Source of the DNA: an uncultured virus (IMG/VR IMGVR_UViG_3300025751_000002)
Taxonomy: Duplodnaviria; Heunggongvirae; Uroviricota; Caudoviricetes
Strand: one strand, 5' to 3'
DNA length: 64,000 bases
Virus record (IMG/VR): IMGVR_UViG_3300025751_000002
The notes beneath the pieces were generated by a model, which was given only the letters and a program-made list of their open reading frames with translations, made no database searches and had not been told where the DNA came from. Both the position numbers and the translations under genes were made by a program. Below, piece after piece: positions 26,121 to 35,918 of the stretch. Each line of letters begins with the position of its first letter. Position 1 is the stretch's first letter.

Positions 26121-26731
26121 TACGCTGCTCCATTCACTTCAGGAAACGGGCGGTCATACTTCACGATCTCTGCAGGACGATCAGGAGCAAGTAAATTGCG
26201 TTGTACCAAGAGAGCCAAGGCATCAGTCACGCGCTGGTCATCAAGAGCGACGCGCTCGGCTGCAGTGAGTTCGTCAATCAGAGCTTTAATCTCAGCAGCA
26301 TCAGCATTTTGCTTTTCGGCTGCTTCAATCTCGGCTTCGTTATCAGGCGTGCAAGCTGCCTTGTAAGCGGCAACTGCTGCTTCGTACTCGGCAATATCCT
26401 CAGGCGTAGGATCCGGGATTGCGGCGAACTTGGCAACCGCGTCGTCGTATGCCTGCTGTTCTGCTGCAGTAGGAATGCCGCCGATCGGATCAGGCACCAC
26501 GGTGGTGTCTTCTGATGCGGCCAGGATGTTGGCGTATTCAGTTGGTGTGAAGCGTGCGAAGAAACCAGCGCTGGTCACAATGCCGTAGCTGTTGGCGTCG
26601 GCGTAGCGTTTGCCGTCTTGCGTGAGGAGCCAAGTGGCGTAATCCTCGGGCGAAAGCTTGGCGCTATTGGCGGCAAAGATTAGGCCGTCAATGGTGCGGG
26701 TGTCGGTGATCGTAACGGTGAGAGTGTCCAT
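26120..26731 (-). CDS. tail fibre assembly-like protein
   Basis: FFARFTPTE motif, position among fibre genes. Confidence 0.5.
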   Translation of the reverse strand: MDTLTVTITDTRTIDGLIFAANSAKLSPEDYATWLLTQDGKRYADANSYGIVTSAGFFARFTPTEYANILAASEDTTVVPDPIGGIPTAAEQQAYDDAVAKFAAIPDPTPEDIAEYEAAVAAYKAACTPDNEAEIEAAEKQNADAAEIKALIDELTAAERVALDDQRVTDALALLVQRNLLAPDRPAEIVKYDRPFPEVNGAA

Positions 26732-26742
26732 TTTTTTAAAAA

Positions 26743-27387
26743 TTACTTACCAATAACTGTCCAAGCAGTACCATTGTACCAACAAAGATAAGGGGTTGCT
26801 CCTGAGCCGCTATTGACAACAGTATCTCCCCAAGCTAAAGAAGCATCCCCATCGCTAACTCGTGCAAGCTGCCCCACTCCAACACCTGCAGGTAAATTGC
26901 CAACAGTTGTTTCAATAGAAACAGCAATAATACTTGTGCCGCCTGACTGTAAATCTAAAAGCTTACTATCAGCTGCGCTATTTGTATCTGTAACATTTAC
27001 TTTTAAACCAGTAAATACCGTAGTTGAACTATTCCATGTAAGTTCAGTGTTTAAATTTGCACTGCCAGCTAATGCTCCAGAGTTGTTGTACTGGATGTTG
27101 CCGGTTGCGCCAGCAACAAGACCAACAGTACCAGTTTGATCCGGGAAGCTGATCGTGCGGTTGGCGGTTGGAGTGACCGATTGAATTGTTGTTGAAAAAC
27201 TGCCGCCGCTATCTAAATTAACGTCACCACTAATCGTAAGTTGATCACTGGTTTTGTTCCAGGTTAATGCCGTATCTCCTGCTAACGTACCGCCATCATT
27301 AAACTGCACCTGGGTATCTGAACCAGCTGCTGTATTAGTATCAACAATATCGAAGTTCCCTGTAAAGGGATTAAATACATATGGCAT
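26743..27387 (-). CDS. tail fibre-like protein
   Basis: AGSDTQVQFNDGG and IQYNNSGALAGS repeats, PTANRTISFPD. Confidence 0.65.
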   Translation of the reverse strand: MPYVFNPFTGNFDIVDTNTAAGSDTQVQFNDGGTLAGDTALTWNKTSDQLTISGDVNLDSGGSFSTTIQSVTPTANRTISFPDQTGTVGLVAGATGNIQYNNSGALAGSANLNTELTWNSSTTVFTGLKVNVTDTNSAADSKLLDLQSGGTSIIAVSIETTVGNLPAGVGVGQLARVSDGDASLAWGDTVVNSGSGATPYLCWYNGTAWTVIGK

Positions 27388-27390
27388 GGC

Positions 27391-27924
27391 TCAACTCTTT
27401 GTCACACTAGTAAGATTACTGCCACTATACGTTAATGCCAAGTTGGCAACCGTGCTACCACCTGCTCCGCCATCTTTATATACAACGCCTGTTAAAGAGC
27501 TTCCGCTATAGGTTAAAGAGATATAATCATGCTGAGGAATTGCCAGTCCCTGTAATACATCAACATTACCAGTAATTGAAACGGTGCTACCGGTAACTGA
27601 CATTGCGCCACCGGTAATTGAAACCCCCCCTGTAACACCAACGGTGCTACCAGTAACTGCAATAGTGCCACCAGTAACTGAAACTCCCCCTGTAACACCA
27701 ATTGTGCTACCAGTAACTGCAATAGTGCTACCAGTAACTGCAATAGTGCCACCAGTAACTGAAACTCCCCCTGTAACACCAACGGTGCTACCAGTGACTG
27801 AAACACTTCCGCCAGTAATTTGAACTCCGGTAACAACAATAGTACCGCCCGTAATGGTCATAACTCCGCTAACGGGCATGGCGGTACTATTTGTAATCTG
27901 TACCTTCCACCCTTGATTTATCAT
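27391..27924 (-). CDS. heptad (V/I)TG(G/S) repeat virion protein
   Basis: more than a dozen 7-aa repeats such as VTGGTIA, VTGSTVG and VTGGVS. Confidence 0.7.
   Translation of the reverse strand: MINQGWKVQITNSTAMPVSGVMTITGGTIVVTGVQITGGSVSVTGSTVGVTGGVSVTGGTIAVTGSTIAVTGSTIGVTGGVSVTGGTIAVTGSTVGVTGGVSITGGAMSVTGSTVSITGNVDVLQGLAIPQHDYISLTYSGSSLTGVVYKDGGAGGSTVANLALTYSGSNLTSVTKS
27570..27860. repeat. tandem repeat of 21-bp-type units within the CDS
   Basis: recurring GTGCTACCAGTAACTGCAATA / GTGCCACCAGTAACTGAAACTCCCCCTGTAACACCAA. Confidence 0.8.
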
Positions 27925-28004
27925 TTCCTTTTAAGGGCATCTTTTATTTTTTAATTCTAACAGTTTTAACTCAACAAATCACAGTAGAATAAAGAAAAAA
28001 TACC

Positions 28005-29282
28005 ATGTATAGAATTCGTTTCGTAAACGATTTAGGTAATGGCCACTCTGGCTATATCGAATATCAAAACTTATATGTTCAAACAATTTCTGGGCAATCA
28101 ATTACAACACAACCAAATGGCCCGGCAGGTTCTGATGCCTTTGGTAGATTACGTACATCAAATCCAGTAACCATATTTGATAGCCAGCATCGCTATCAAG
28201 AGAATGATAAATGGTCTACAGCAAGTGGTAACTCTGGTTCAACCACATATCAAGTAAATAAAAGTGCTGTTGACCTTAATGTAACCACTGCTTCTGGTGA
28301 TTACATTTACCGTGAAACCAAACGTGTTTTCCCTTATCAACCAGGGAAATCTTTGTTGATTAATAATTCGTTTGTTTTTGCGGCAGCACAAACAAACCTA
28401 CGTCAACGCGTTGGTTATTTCGGTACTGATAATGGCATTTACTTTGAACAAGATAATGCAACCTTATATATGGTACTTAGATCCAAAGTGTCTGGATCTG
28501 TTGTTAATACACGTATTCCGCAAGGCGAATGGAATGGAGATAAATTAAATGGCCTTGGTCTTTCTGGTTTAACGCTTAATCCAACAAAAGGAAATATTTT
28601 CTGGACTGATGTTGAATGGCTTGGTGTTGGTGATGTAAGGTGCGGCTTTATTATCAATGGACAGTTAATTGTTTGTCATACATTTAAAAATGCAAACGCA
28701 AAAGACTCCACCTACATGACAACCGCTGCACTACCCTTGCGGCAAGAAATTGAAAATACAGATACCATTGCATCTGGTACTTCTGCGCAACAAATCTGTG
28801 CTTCCGTTGTATCAGAAGGTGGTTACACAGCTGCTGGTCAAACGTATGCAATCGATCGTGGTGCCACGCCCATCACACTTGCGACTGGCGGTACAACATA
28901 TCCAATAATATCAATTCGTTTAAACTCAAGTCGTTTAGATGCTGTTGTTATCCTTTCTGAAATCTATGGTGTCATCACAAGCAACGACAGATGTAAATGG
29001 ACATTAATTAAAAACGCAACACTAACGGGAGCAAGTTATGCAACCCATTCAAACAACAATGTACAATACGACACCTCGGCAAGCGCACTAAGTGGAGGCA
29101 CCGTAATTAACGGTGGCTACATTAACCTCCAAGGTGAAAGTCAAGTTGGTGGTCCGACTGATTTTACATACCAATTGGGTAGAACAATTGCAGGTGTGAG
29201 TGATGTACTTACTCTTGCTGTAACTCCTATTTCGAACAATACTAATGTGTTATTTGGATTAAAATGGATTGAAGCACTGTAA
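28005..29282 (+). CDS. conserved virion structural-type protein
   Basis: DAFGRLRTSNP...FPYQPGKS...EWLGVG beta-rich protein. Confidence 0.65.
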   Translation: MYRIRFVNDLGNGHSGYIEYQNLYVQTISGQSITTQPNGPAGSDAFGRLRTSNPVTIFDSQHRYQENDKWSTASGNSGSTTYQVNKSAVDLNVTTASGDYIYRETKRVFPYQPGKSLLINNSFVFAAAQTNLRQRVGYFGTDNGIYFEQDNATLYMVLRSKVSGSVVNTRIPQGEWNGDKLNGLGLSGLTLNPTKGNIFWTDVEWLGVGDVRCGFIINGQLIVCHTFKNANAKDSTYMTTAALPLRQEIENTDTIASGTSAQQICASVVSEGGYTAAGQTYAIDRGATPITLATGGTTYPIISIRLNSSRLDAVVILSEIYGVITSNDRCKWTLIKNATLTGASYATHSNNNVQYDTSASALSGGTVINGGYINLQGESQVGGPTDFTYQLGRTIAGVSDVLTLAVTPISNNTNVLFGLKWIEAL

Positions 29283-29286
29283 ACCC

Positions 29287-29832
29287 ATGTATACTCCTAC
29301 ATCTCAGCCAGAGGTAACACCTGTTCAGTTGCAACAAACTGAGCTAAAAGCTGTACCAAAAAAAGTTGCAGCTAAATCAAAGGCTGGTGATGTGGGTGGT
29401 TTTATCCAGCAGTGCATTTCACTTTGTTCTTATATCAAAGATCTGGAAACGCAATCCCATCTCATCCACCTGAACTATGAAGGTGCCAATTTCTTAGGTG
29501 TCCATGCATTTCTTAAGGATCAATACGAGTCTCACTTAGCGCAATTTGATACGCTTGGTGAATACATCCGCAGCATGGACTACCTTCTTCCCATGTGTGC
29601 CAACGGATTAGCTGATGCTGGTCCTGGTATGAAACATGTAACAAGCTACAAAGGTACCGATCAACTCTCTACTTACTACAAAAATCTAGAAGAATTAGCT
29701 AACAAAGCTAAAAAACTAGAAAAAGCTGCAGCCAAAATTGGTGCTGTTGACATCCAAAATTACATGGCTGATCTTGTTGGCCAATCATTTAAAGCTGCTT
29801 GGTTTATTAAAGCTACTTTGAGAAATAATTAA
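29287..29832 (+). CDS. dps: Dps / ferritin-like protein
   Basis: HLIHLNYEGANFLGVHAFLKDQY...FDTLGEYIR...AAWFI ferroxidase pattern. Confidence 0.8.
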   Translation: MYTPTSQPEVTPVQLQQTELKAVPKKVAAKSKAGDVGGFIQQCISLCSYIKDLETQSHLIHLNYEGANFLGVHAFLKDQYESHLAQFDTLGEYIRSMDYLLPMCANGLADAGPGMKHVTSYKGTDQLSTYYKNLEELANKAKKLEKAAAKIGAVDIQNYMADLVGQSFKAAWFIKATLRNN

Positions 29833-30146
29833 TCAACCTGTCCGCGAAACCACTTCTGCCGTCCCATAAACCATTCGGCTAACGTAACTGGATCCTGTGG
29901 TCCCACCAGGTGATCACTAGGATCTGGTTCACCAAGATCCATGGCATTACAAAACTCATCCAATTCATTTGCAGGTTCATCACCCTGGATAGCTTTGCGA
30001 CGTGCTTGACGAATCCATGTATTAACAGTTGGATTGCGATCGGCTAACTTCTGTAACCATGCCATATCCTTTAATTCAACTGGTGCCCCCTTACCAATGC
30101 AGTCGCACAAGAATTGAACCCGTAGCCTGGTATTGGTTGAAAGCAT
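29829..30146 (-). CDS. hypothetical cyanophage protein
   Basis: MLSTNTRLR...LDEFCNAMDLG. Confidence 0.65.
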   Translation of the reverse strand: MLSTNTRLRVQFLCDCIGKGAPVELKDMAWLQKLADRNPTVNTWIRQARRKAIQGDEPANELDEFCNAMDLGEPDPSDHLVGPQDPVTLAEWFMGRQKWFRGQVD

Positions 30147-30414
30147 TGTCTTCTTCTTTTGTTACTAGTTTATAATGCTCTAGCCTGTGACAGTTAGAAC
30201 ACAGTGGAATACATTTGGCAATTTCATCTGCTATCTTTTCCCAACCCCAACCATCACCTATCATCCTTGACACAGCATGTTTTTTGTCGCCAACATGATG
30301 AAAATCAAGTAAACGATAATCATCCAGGCCGCAGTGCTCACAACTTAACGTCTTTTTGTACTCAATAAATTTTTCTCGATTACGCTTGATGCGTTCACGT
30401 TTTCTTGTAAGCAC
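30091..30414 (-). CDS. HNH endonuclease
   Basis: CEHCG...LDFHH...CIPLCSNCHRLEH. Confidence 0.75.
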   Translation of the reverse strand: MLTRKRERIKRNREKFIEYKKTLSCEHCGLDDYRLLDFHHVGDKKHAVSRMIGDGWGWEKIADEIAKCIPLCSNCHRLEHYKLVTKEEDNAFNQYQATGSILVRLHW

Positions 30415-30566
30415 TTATTCCAGTGTCGTATAACTCCACTTACTATAAACAAATTTGTCGTAAGGTACGAGATAAAAATAATCGTTCTGATTAAAGCAAC
30501 TGCATCTGCTTCCTTGTTTTTGTTAGATGCTTTTTCTCCTAGTGCCAAGCACCACAAACGCCACAT

Positions 30567-30590
30567 AAAAAATCCCAGTATTACTGGGAT
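30567..30590 (-). terminator. hairpin, probable terminator
   Basis: ATCCCAGT/ACTGGGAT palindrome followed by a T run on the minus strand. Confidence 0.5.
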
Positions 30591-30693
30591 CATAACTTCC
30601 TTCTACGCTAGCTGTTGCCTTGAGCAGTTACACGAAAGGTGGAAGGGATTCGACTATTTCCCTTAGAGCTGTATTGCTCCACCGGTTAGGATA

Positions 30694-30900
30694 TCATGAC
30701 TTTTGCTGCTTGTAACGTCTTGCTGCCCTACCAGCTTTCTTTGCTTTTTCTGTATTCGGAATAAATTGTTTACCTTCTTTGCTACCAGCTCTTTTCTTTT
30801 GATCTGTCTCCTCACGTTCTTCTTTTGATAAAGAAGCCCACGCCTTCTCTGGTAAGTAACGTTTGGTATATCCCTTTTGAATTGCTTTATCTGCCATCAC
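30694..30900 (-). CDS. DUF5872-like protein, C-terminal half
   Basis: KRYLPEKAWASLS...TDQKKRAGSKEGKQF. Confidence 0.6.
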   Translation of the reverse strand: MMADKAIQKGYTKRYLPEKAWASLSKEEREETDQKKRAGSKEGKQFIPNTEKAKKAGRAARRYKQQKS

Positions 30901-31181
30901 TTACTATCCTTATATCTTTTGGCAGCAGCTTTAGCTTTCTTTCCTTTTTCATATTGATCTTTTGTCATCCACTTTTCTTTCCCCCACTTCTCCAGTGACT
31001 TTTGTTTCTTACCCTTACCTCCTTTATATCCACCACCTGCTTCTTCGTACTCACGCGCAACAATCTGAGCTTTACGTGCACTCCACTGGCCCGCCTTGCC
31101 ACCTTTAGTACCAGCCATTACGCGATCTTTAATCCGCTCACGTAACCCTGGTTTTGTATACTTACTATTCTCCTGAGACAT
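30897..31181 (-). CDS. DUF5872-like protein, N-terminal half
   Basis: YTKPGLRERIK...GGKAGQWSARKAQ...GGGY. Confidence 0.65.
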   Translation of the reverse strand: MSQENSKYTKPGLRERIKDRVMAGTKGGKAGQWSARKAQIVAREYEEAGGGYKGGKGKKQKSLEKWGKEKWMTKDQYEKGKKAKAAAKRYKDSK

Positions 31182-31303
31182 CAGGATTATCTTTTTGCTC
31201 TTTTAATATTTTAGCCCACTTACATTCCTTTGCTTTCTTCTGCCAATCACGTGGCGGATGTGGTATTAAATACTGGAGTTGCCTAAAGTATTCTTCGAGG
31301 CGT

Positions 31304-31519
31304 TCAGCCTCGGTTTTGGGGCGTTTGATCTCCATCTGATTTACTTGCAAATTGCTGCATTAAATCATCCATCTGCTCCAACGATTCAAGACGGCACAAC
31401 AAATCTGAAATGGTTGTAATCGTAATTGGATGCTCGGTACGTGCAGCAAATGCCAATGCATCACGCATGTACTCAGCAGCTTGATCAATGGATTCTTTTA
31501 CTTGGGTAGAAAGGGACAT
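31304..31519 (-). CDS. hypothetical cyanophage protein
   Basis: MSLSTQVKESI...RDALAFAARTEHP. Confidence 0.6.
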   Translation of the reverse strand: MSLSTQVKESIDQAAEYMRDALAFAARTEHPITITTISDLLCRLESLEQMDDLMQQFASKSDGDQTPQNRG

Positions 31520-31563
31520 TTCAGATTTCTTTGGTGTTCTAAGTATAGGTGAAAAAAGTAATC

Positions 31564-32298
31564 TCATGGTTTGTGAAGGATAGGAATTCTGCACATATAT
31601 ATCCTGTCATAACCTCTTTGTAAAAATTCAAAGCAAATGGTAGTGGTATCACAATCCCATTTGCCATTTAATGGGTTGATTTCCGAAAACCTAACGCCAT
31701 CAGCAATTGGTTCTGCATTGTATACACAGAAACAATTAAATGTAGATGCCAAATTTAGTCGCGAAGGAAGTTTTGATACCTTTGGTCCAGTGTATTCCGA
31801 ATCTTCGGTATCCATTCGCGTCGCCCAACTGTCATAAATCCAATCAGGAACACCCATGCCAATAGGCAATACACTATACCCAGAAGCAACGTCGTAAGAA
31901 GTATCAAATAAAATCCGGACAAGAGCAGGATCATAAACAATATCTGGTTCAATGCATACGATCTTATCGTATGTAGATAGCTTATTTTTTAAATCAGCTA
32001 ATTCCAGGGTTTCATTCCTTGCTTTAGCAAGGTATTTAACACGTTCTTCTGCTTTAATTGAACCAAAGTATGGCCAACCGTAATCAACGCTTTTGCAGAT
32101 TACGTCATTAAATACTGTTTCAAGCAAAGAAATTTCTTGTTCTAATATTTCTTTTGTTCCATCAACTGAATCATTTTCTAGTACAACAAGATCAAATGTC
32201 ATATCTGGATTGCATGTAACCAAACGCTGCAGCTGTGCAGACCAACAAGCAATGTGCGGCTCGCGGTTTCTAATGATGGTTGAAATTAAGCAGCGCAT
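31564..32298 (-). CDS. GT-A fold glycosyltransferase
   Basis: LENDSVDGT, LAKARN, EPDI, YDSWA. Confidence 0.7.
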   Translation of the reverse strand: MRCLISTIIRNREPHIACWSAQLQRLVTCNPDMTFDLVVLENDSVDGTKEILEQEISLLETVFNDVICKSVDYGWPYFGSIKAEERVKYLAKARNETLELADLKNKLSTYDKIVCIEPDIVYDPALVRILFDTSYDVASGYSVLPIGMGVPDWIYDSWATRMDTEDSEYTGPKVSKLPSRLNLASTFNCFCVYNAEPIADGVRFSEINPLNGKWDCDTTTICFEFLQRGYDRIYMCRIPILHKP

Positions 32299-33458
32299 TT
32301 GTACAGCTCCTTCGACAGGTCAAATACGTTCTCTTTAGTTATAAAATGGTTGTTGCCAATGTAGAAAGCATTTGTGTGGATTTCCTCACTATTAGGTAAG
32401 TAAGGTGTTTTTTTATAGTCCTTCATAAAGGGCTGACGTAGTAAGTTACCAACAAGAAATGGACGGGTTTCTATGCCCAGGGCACGCAGTACTCTAATCA
32501 ACTCATTGCGATGGCTAGCGGTATCACAATGGAAAGGTAATGTCATTGCGCTGTTCCCATAAGGATTTGGTAAGTGTTTGATCCAGGGGTGATCAACCAT
32601 TGCCATGTAAAAATCGTAATAATTATCTTGACGTTTTCGGATAAATTCATCTAATTTTTTTAGCTGCACACTGCCCAACACAGCGCCAAGTTCGTTATTG
32701 CGGAAGTTATAGCCTTCGGTTGGAAACAAGAAAGCTGGATCAATATCAATGCTCTCTGCTTCGTACTTAAGGCGTTCTTCTTTATCCATCTCACGTGACA
32801 TGCCATGAGATCGTTTTGCACGCATTAGGTTATACAAATCTTTATTGTTTGTACACACCATGCCACCTTCAATAGTGGTCATATGGTGTCCGAAGTAAAA
32901 AGAAAATGTAGAACCCAGGCCTGTATTACCAACCTTCACGCCTTCTGTATCGACTGCTCCATGGGATTCACAGCAATCCTCAAGCAAAATTGCATCGGGC
33001 CAATACTCCTTAATTTGTTGCAATTCATTTGCAAACCCCATGATATGCGTTACATACACCACATCTGGTGTAATGCCTACTTCTTTGAAACGCTTTAACG
33101 ATTCAAAGGTAGGAGAGTAAGATCCATACTCAATGTCATAGAAAAATAAATCGTGCCCTTGTTGCTTAAACGTTGAGATGTTTGTTGCCCAGTTCACGGC
33201 AGGGCAAAAAATCTTTAACTTCTTTTCCTTTGAAAAATACAATTCCCTTACTGCATCCAATAGCAGTGTGTTTGCTGTCGTACCACTGCTAACGAATAGG
33301 GAATACTTACGCCCTTGCCACTTGGACCACTCGGTTTCAAACGCACGGCACCTGGGACCATTCGTAAAACGATCATTGGTCAAAATAAATTTGATTAGCT
33401 CAAACTTCTCAGAGAAACCAATGGCATTCTTTTGTAGTGGCCAATCAAATTTCGACAT
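32286..33458 (-). CDS. PLP-dependent DegT-family enzyme, ColD-like (GDP-4-keto-6-deoxymannose 3-dehydratase)
   Basis: SSGTTAN, EDCCESHG, STFSFYFGHHMTTIEGG with His in place of the Schiff-base Lys. Confidence 0.8.
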   Translation of the reverse strand: MSKFDWPLQKNAIGFSEKFELIKFILTNDRFTNGPRCRAFETEWSKWQGRKYSLFVSSGTTANTLLLDAVRELYFSKEKKLKIFCPAVNWATNISTFKQQGHDLFFYDIEYGSYSPTFESLKRFKEVGITPDVVYVTHIMGFANELQQIKEYWPDAILLEDCCESHGAVDTEGVKVGNTGLGSTFSFYFGHHMTTIEGGMVCTNNKDLYNLMRAKRSHGMSREMDKEERLKYEAESIDIDPAFLFPTEGYNFRNNELGAVLGSVQLKKLDEFIRKRQDNYYDFYMAMVDHPWIKHLPNPYGNSAMTLPFHCDTASHRNELIRVLRALGIETRPFLVGNLLRQPFMKDYKKTPYLPNSEEIHTNAFYIGNNHFITKENVFDLSKELYKCAA

Positions 33459-33508
33459 TTCTAACGCTTAAATCTTGGTTATAGTTACGAGTATAAACAA
33501 AAGTTCCG

Positions 33509-34546
33509 ATGAAAAAAGCACTGATTACAGGAATTACTGGCCAAGATGGTGCCTACCTCACACGTAACCTAATCGACAAGGGGTACCAGGTGCTTGGTCT
33601 TGTTCGCAACAATGCAAACTCCGGTAATAAAGATAAACTGAATTGGATCTTCCATGATTACATCCCACCTGAAGTCTCATTTGAGTTCTCTGATATGACC
33701 GATGCAACCTCGGTGCATCGTGCCGTAAATAATTTTGCTCCTGATGAGGTATACAACCTTGCTGCTCAAAGCCATGTAGGCGTTAGCTTTAAATCACCTG
33801 GCAGTACTTCCTACACAAATGCAATTGGTGTACTCAATATCCTAGAAGCATGTCGTAATGCAAATGCAAAACCAAAGTTCTATCAGGCGGCTACGTCTGA
33901 GATGTTTGGTAAAGTCCAACAAGTACCGCAAACTGAATCAACTCCCTTCTATCCCAGGAGTCCATATGGTGTTGCCAAGCTTTTTGGTTACTGGCTAACG
34001 ATTAACTATCGTGAAAGCTACGACCTTTTCGGATGTAATGGCATCCTTTTCAACCACGAATCTCCCCTGCGTGGTGAAGAGTTTGTAACACGTAAAATCA
34101 CCAAAGCAATTGGGAGAATCTGGAACGGTAAACAAGAGTACGTTGAACTAGGTAACCTTGATTCCAAGAGGGACTGGGGGCATGCACGGGATTACGTAGA
34201 AGCAATGTATCTTATGCTTCAGCAGGACCAGGCTGATGACTATGTAATTTCAACGGGTAAGCAAACAAGTGTTAGGAAGTTCTGTGAAATTGCATTTGAA
34301 ACCGCAGGTCTTCCAATTACCTGGGAAGGTGAAGGCTTAAATGAGGTTGGTTATTGCAAAAAGATGGATCAAGTCGTAATCAGAATTAATCCTGAGTACT
34401 ACCGACCAGCGGAAGTAGATTCTCTACTTGGTGATTCAACTTACGCAAAAGAAAAACTAGGATGGAAAATTCAATCCACCCTAGAACAACTCATTCAAGA
34501 AATGATTGCTTACGACTTAGCGCATGCTTCCGCTAGGCGGCGTTGA
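33509..34546 (+). CDS. gmd: GDP-mannose 4,6-dehydratase
   Basis: ALITGITGQDGAYL, NLAAQSHV, PRSPYGVAK, LGNLDSKRDWGHA. Confidence 0.95.
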   Translation: MKKALITGITGQDGAYLTRNLIDKGYQVLGLVRNNANSGNKDKLNWIFHDYIPPEVSFEFSDMTDATSVHRAVNNFAPDEVYNLAAQSHVGVSFKSPGSTSYTNAIGVLNILEACRNANAKPKFYQAATSEMFGKVQQVPQTESTPFYPRSPYGVAKLFGYWLTINYRESYDLFGCNGILFNHESPLRGEEFVTRKITKAIGRIWNGKQEYVELGNLDSKRDWGHARDYVEAMYLMLQQDQADDYVISTGKQTSVRKFCEIAFETAGLPITWEGEGLNEVGYCKKMDQVVIRINPEYYRPAEVDSLLGDSTYAKEKLGWKIQSTLEQLIQEMIAYDLAHASARRR

Positions 34547-35358
34547 TTATTTTCAATCACAAGGGGGTGGGGTAATACTTCCTCCTTGTGTTTAATTTCA
34601 GCTTTCAAATTAGGATCTGCAATCACTTCATAGCCATTAGCGCGAACACCTCGGCAGAATTCCCAGTGCTCAACACCATCCATCACTGCCCACTCAGCAT
34701 ACTCCTCTCCGTTAATTGCATCTTCACGTACCAAGGCAATTGAACCAAACGCACTGTTGCAGCTAACAGGTTCACCGTTGTCCCAGGCTTCTCGATCTTC
34801 TTTGGTGAGGAATGGATTTGCAGCGAACGTAAGGCATTGCTGGCCAAAACAATCAACGAGTGACCAGCTGTCGTAATAAGATGGACGATCAGTATCTTCT
34901 ACGTAATCACGTACGTTCTGCGTTGTATTAGGAGAAATCATTCCCCAGCTTCGATTTGTTTCTAGCTTTTCAACCATCTCTGTGATAAGCCTGGGCTCCC
35001 AATAAACATCACTATCAACAACAAGGAGATAATCGTAGTTGTAATAATTGTTTAAAGGTGCCAAGGCAAGGTTTCGATACCTTGCTTGATACGTCACACG
35101 ATCTAACGATGCAACACTACCCCACTTTGGTGCATCAATGCATTCACTGGTAAGCAAACCCTTTCTGCCTCGGAGCCACGAAAGCAGGATTTGTGGCGTG
35201 TCATCTACCGAATCATTTTCAAAAAAAGAATACACACAGCCAATCTGATGTTCTTTCAGTTCTTTCTCTAGTGCTTCAAACTGAGCAAGCGAGCGTTCAA
35301 TATAACTTGCACTATTGCGCCAAAGGGAAAGGATGGCAACAATCTTTTGCTTCTTCAT
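34510..35358 (-). CDS. GT-A fold glycosyltransferase (paralog of 31564-32298)
   Basis: FENDSVDDT, ARYRN, VDSDV (DxD), YYDSWS. Confidence 0.7.
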   Translation of the reverse strand: MKKQKIVAILSLWRNSASYIERSLAQFEALEKELKEHQIGCVYSFFENDSVDDTPQILLSWLRGRKGLLTSECIDAPKWGSVASLDRVTYQARYRNLALAPLNNYYNYDYLLVVDSDVYWEPRLITEMVEKLETNRSWGMISPNTTQNVRDYVEDTDRPSYYDSWSLVDCFGQQCLTFAANPFLTKEDREAWDNGEPVSCNSAFGSIALVREDAINGEEYAEWAVMDGVEHWEFCRGVRANGYEVIADPNLKAEIKHKEEVLPHPLVIENNQRRLAEACAKS

Positions 35359-35918
35359 AGATCAATACGTGTGTACGGAATGTCATCAGATTTTAAACGA
35401 TCTTCGTACTCATCAGCTTCAATTGTTTCTACATCTTCAAACGACAAATTATTAAAGCAACCAGTTCGTCGTTCGTCATCAAAATCAAAGTAAAACCTAG
35501 TTAAGTTAGAAGACATAACCAAAGCACACGCCAAATAAAACAGATGTAATCACTAATGCAATCCTAACGTCACGATCAAAACTAAAGAACTGATCAAAGG
35601 CAGCTCTCCATAGCGCAGAAAAGGCCCACTTAAAACAAGAGATGTATCCCCGTATACCAAGGAAAAACTTGTTCATCGCAGGAAGTGCAAGGTTTCTTTA
35701 ATGTATTTTACCGATTTAATTAATTCGGCCCTGCTTTGTTTGCCCATCAAGATAAGTGCCAATTGCTGCATCGCACACTGAATCCTTTCTTCTCTGCTCT
35801 CCTCCTTCACCGGGAGGCAACCTCACTAAAGAAAATGTACGCATCAATACTGATAACTACCAACATGGCGCCCAGTACTGCGGCAATTCCGTAGTAAAAC
35901 TCTTTCATTTTTTAAGAG

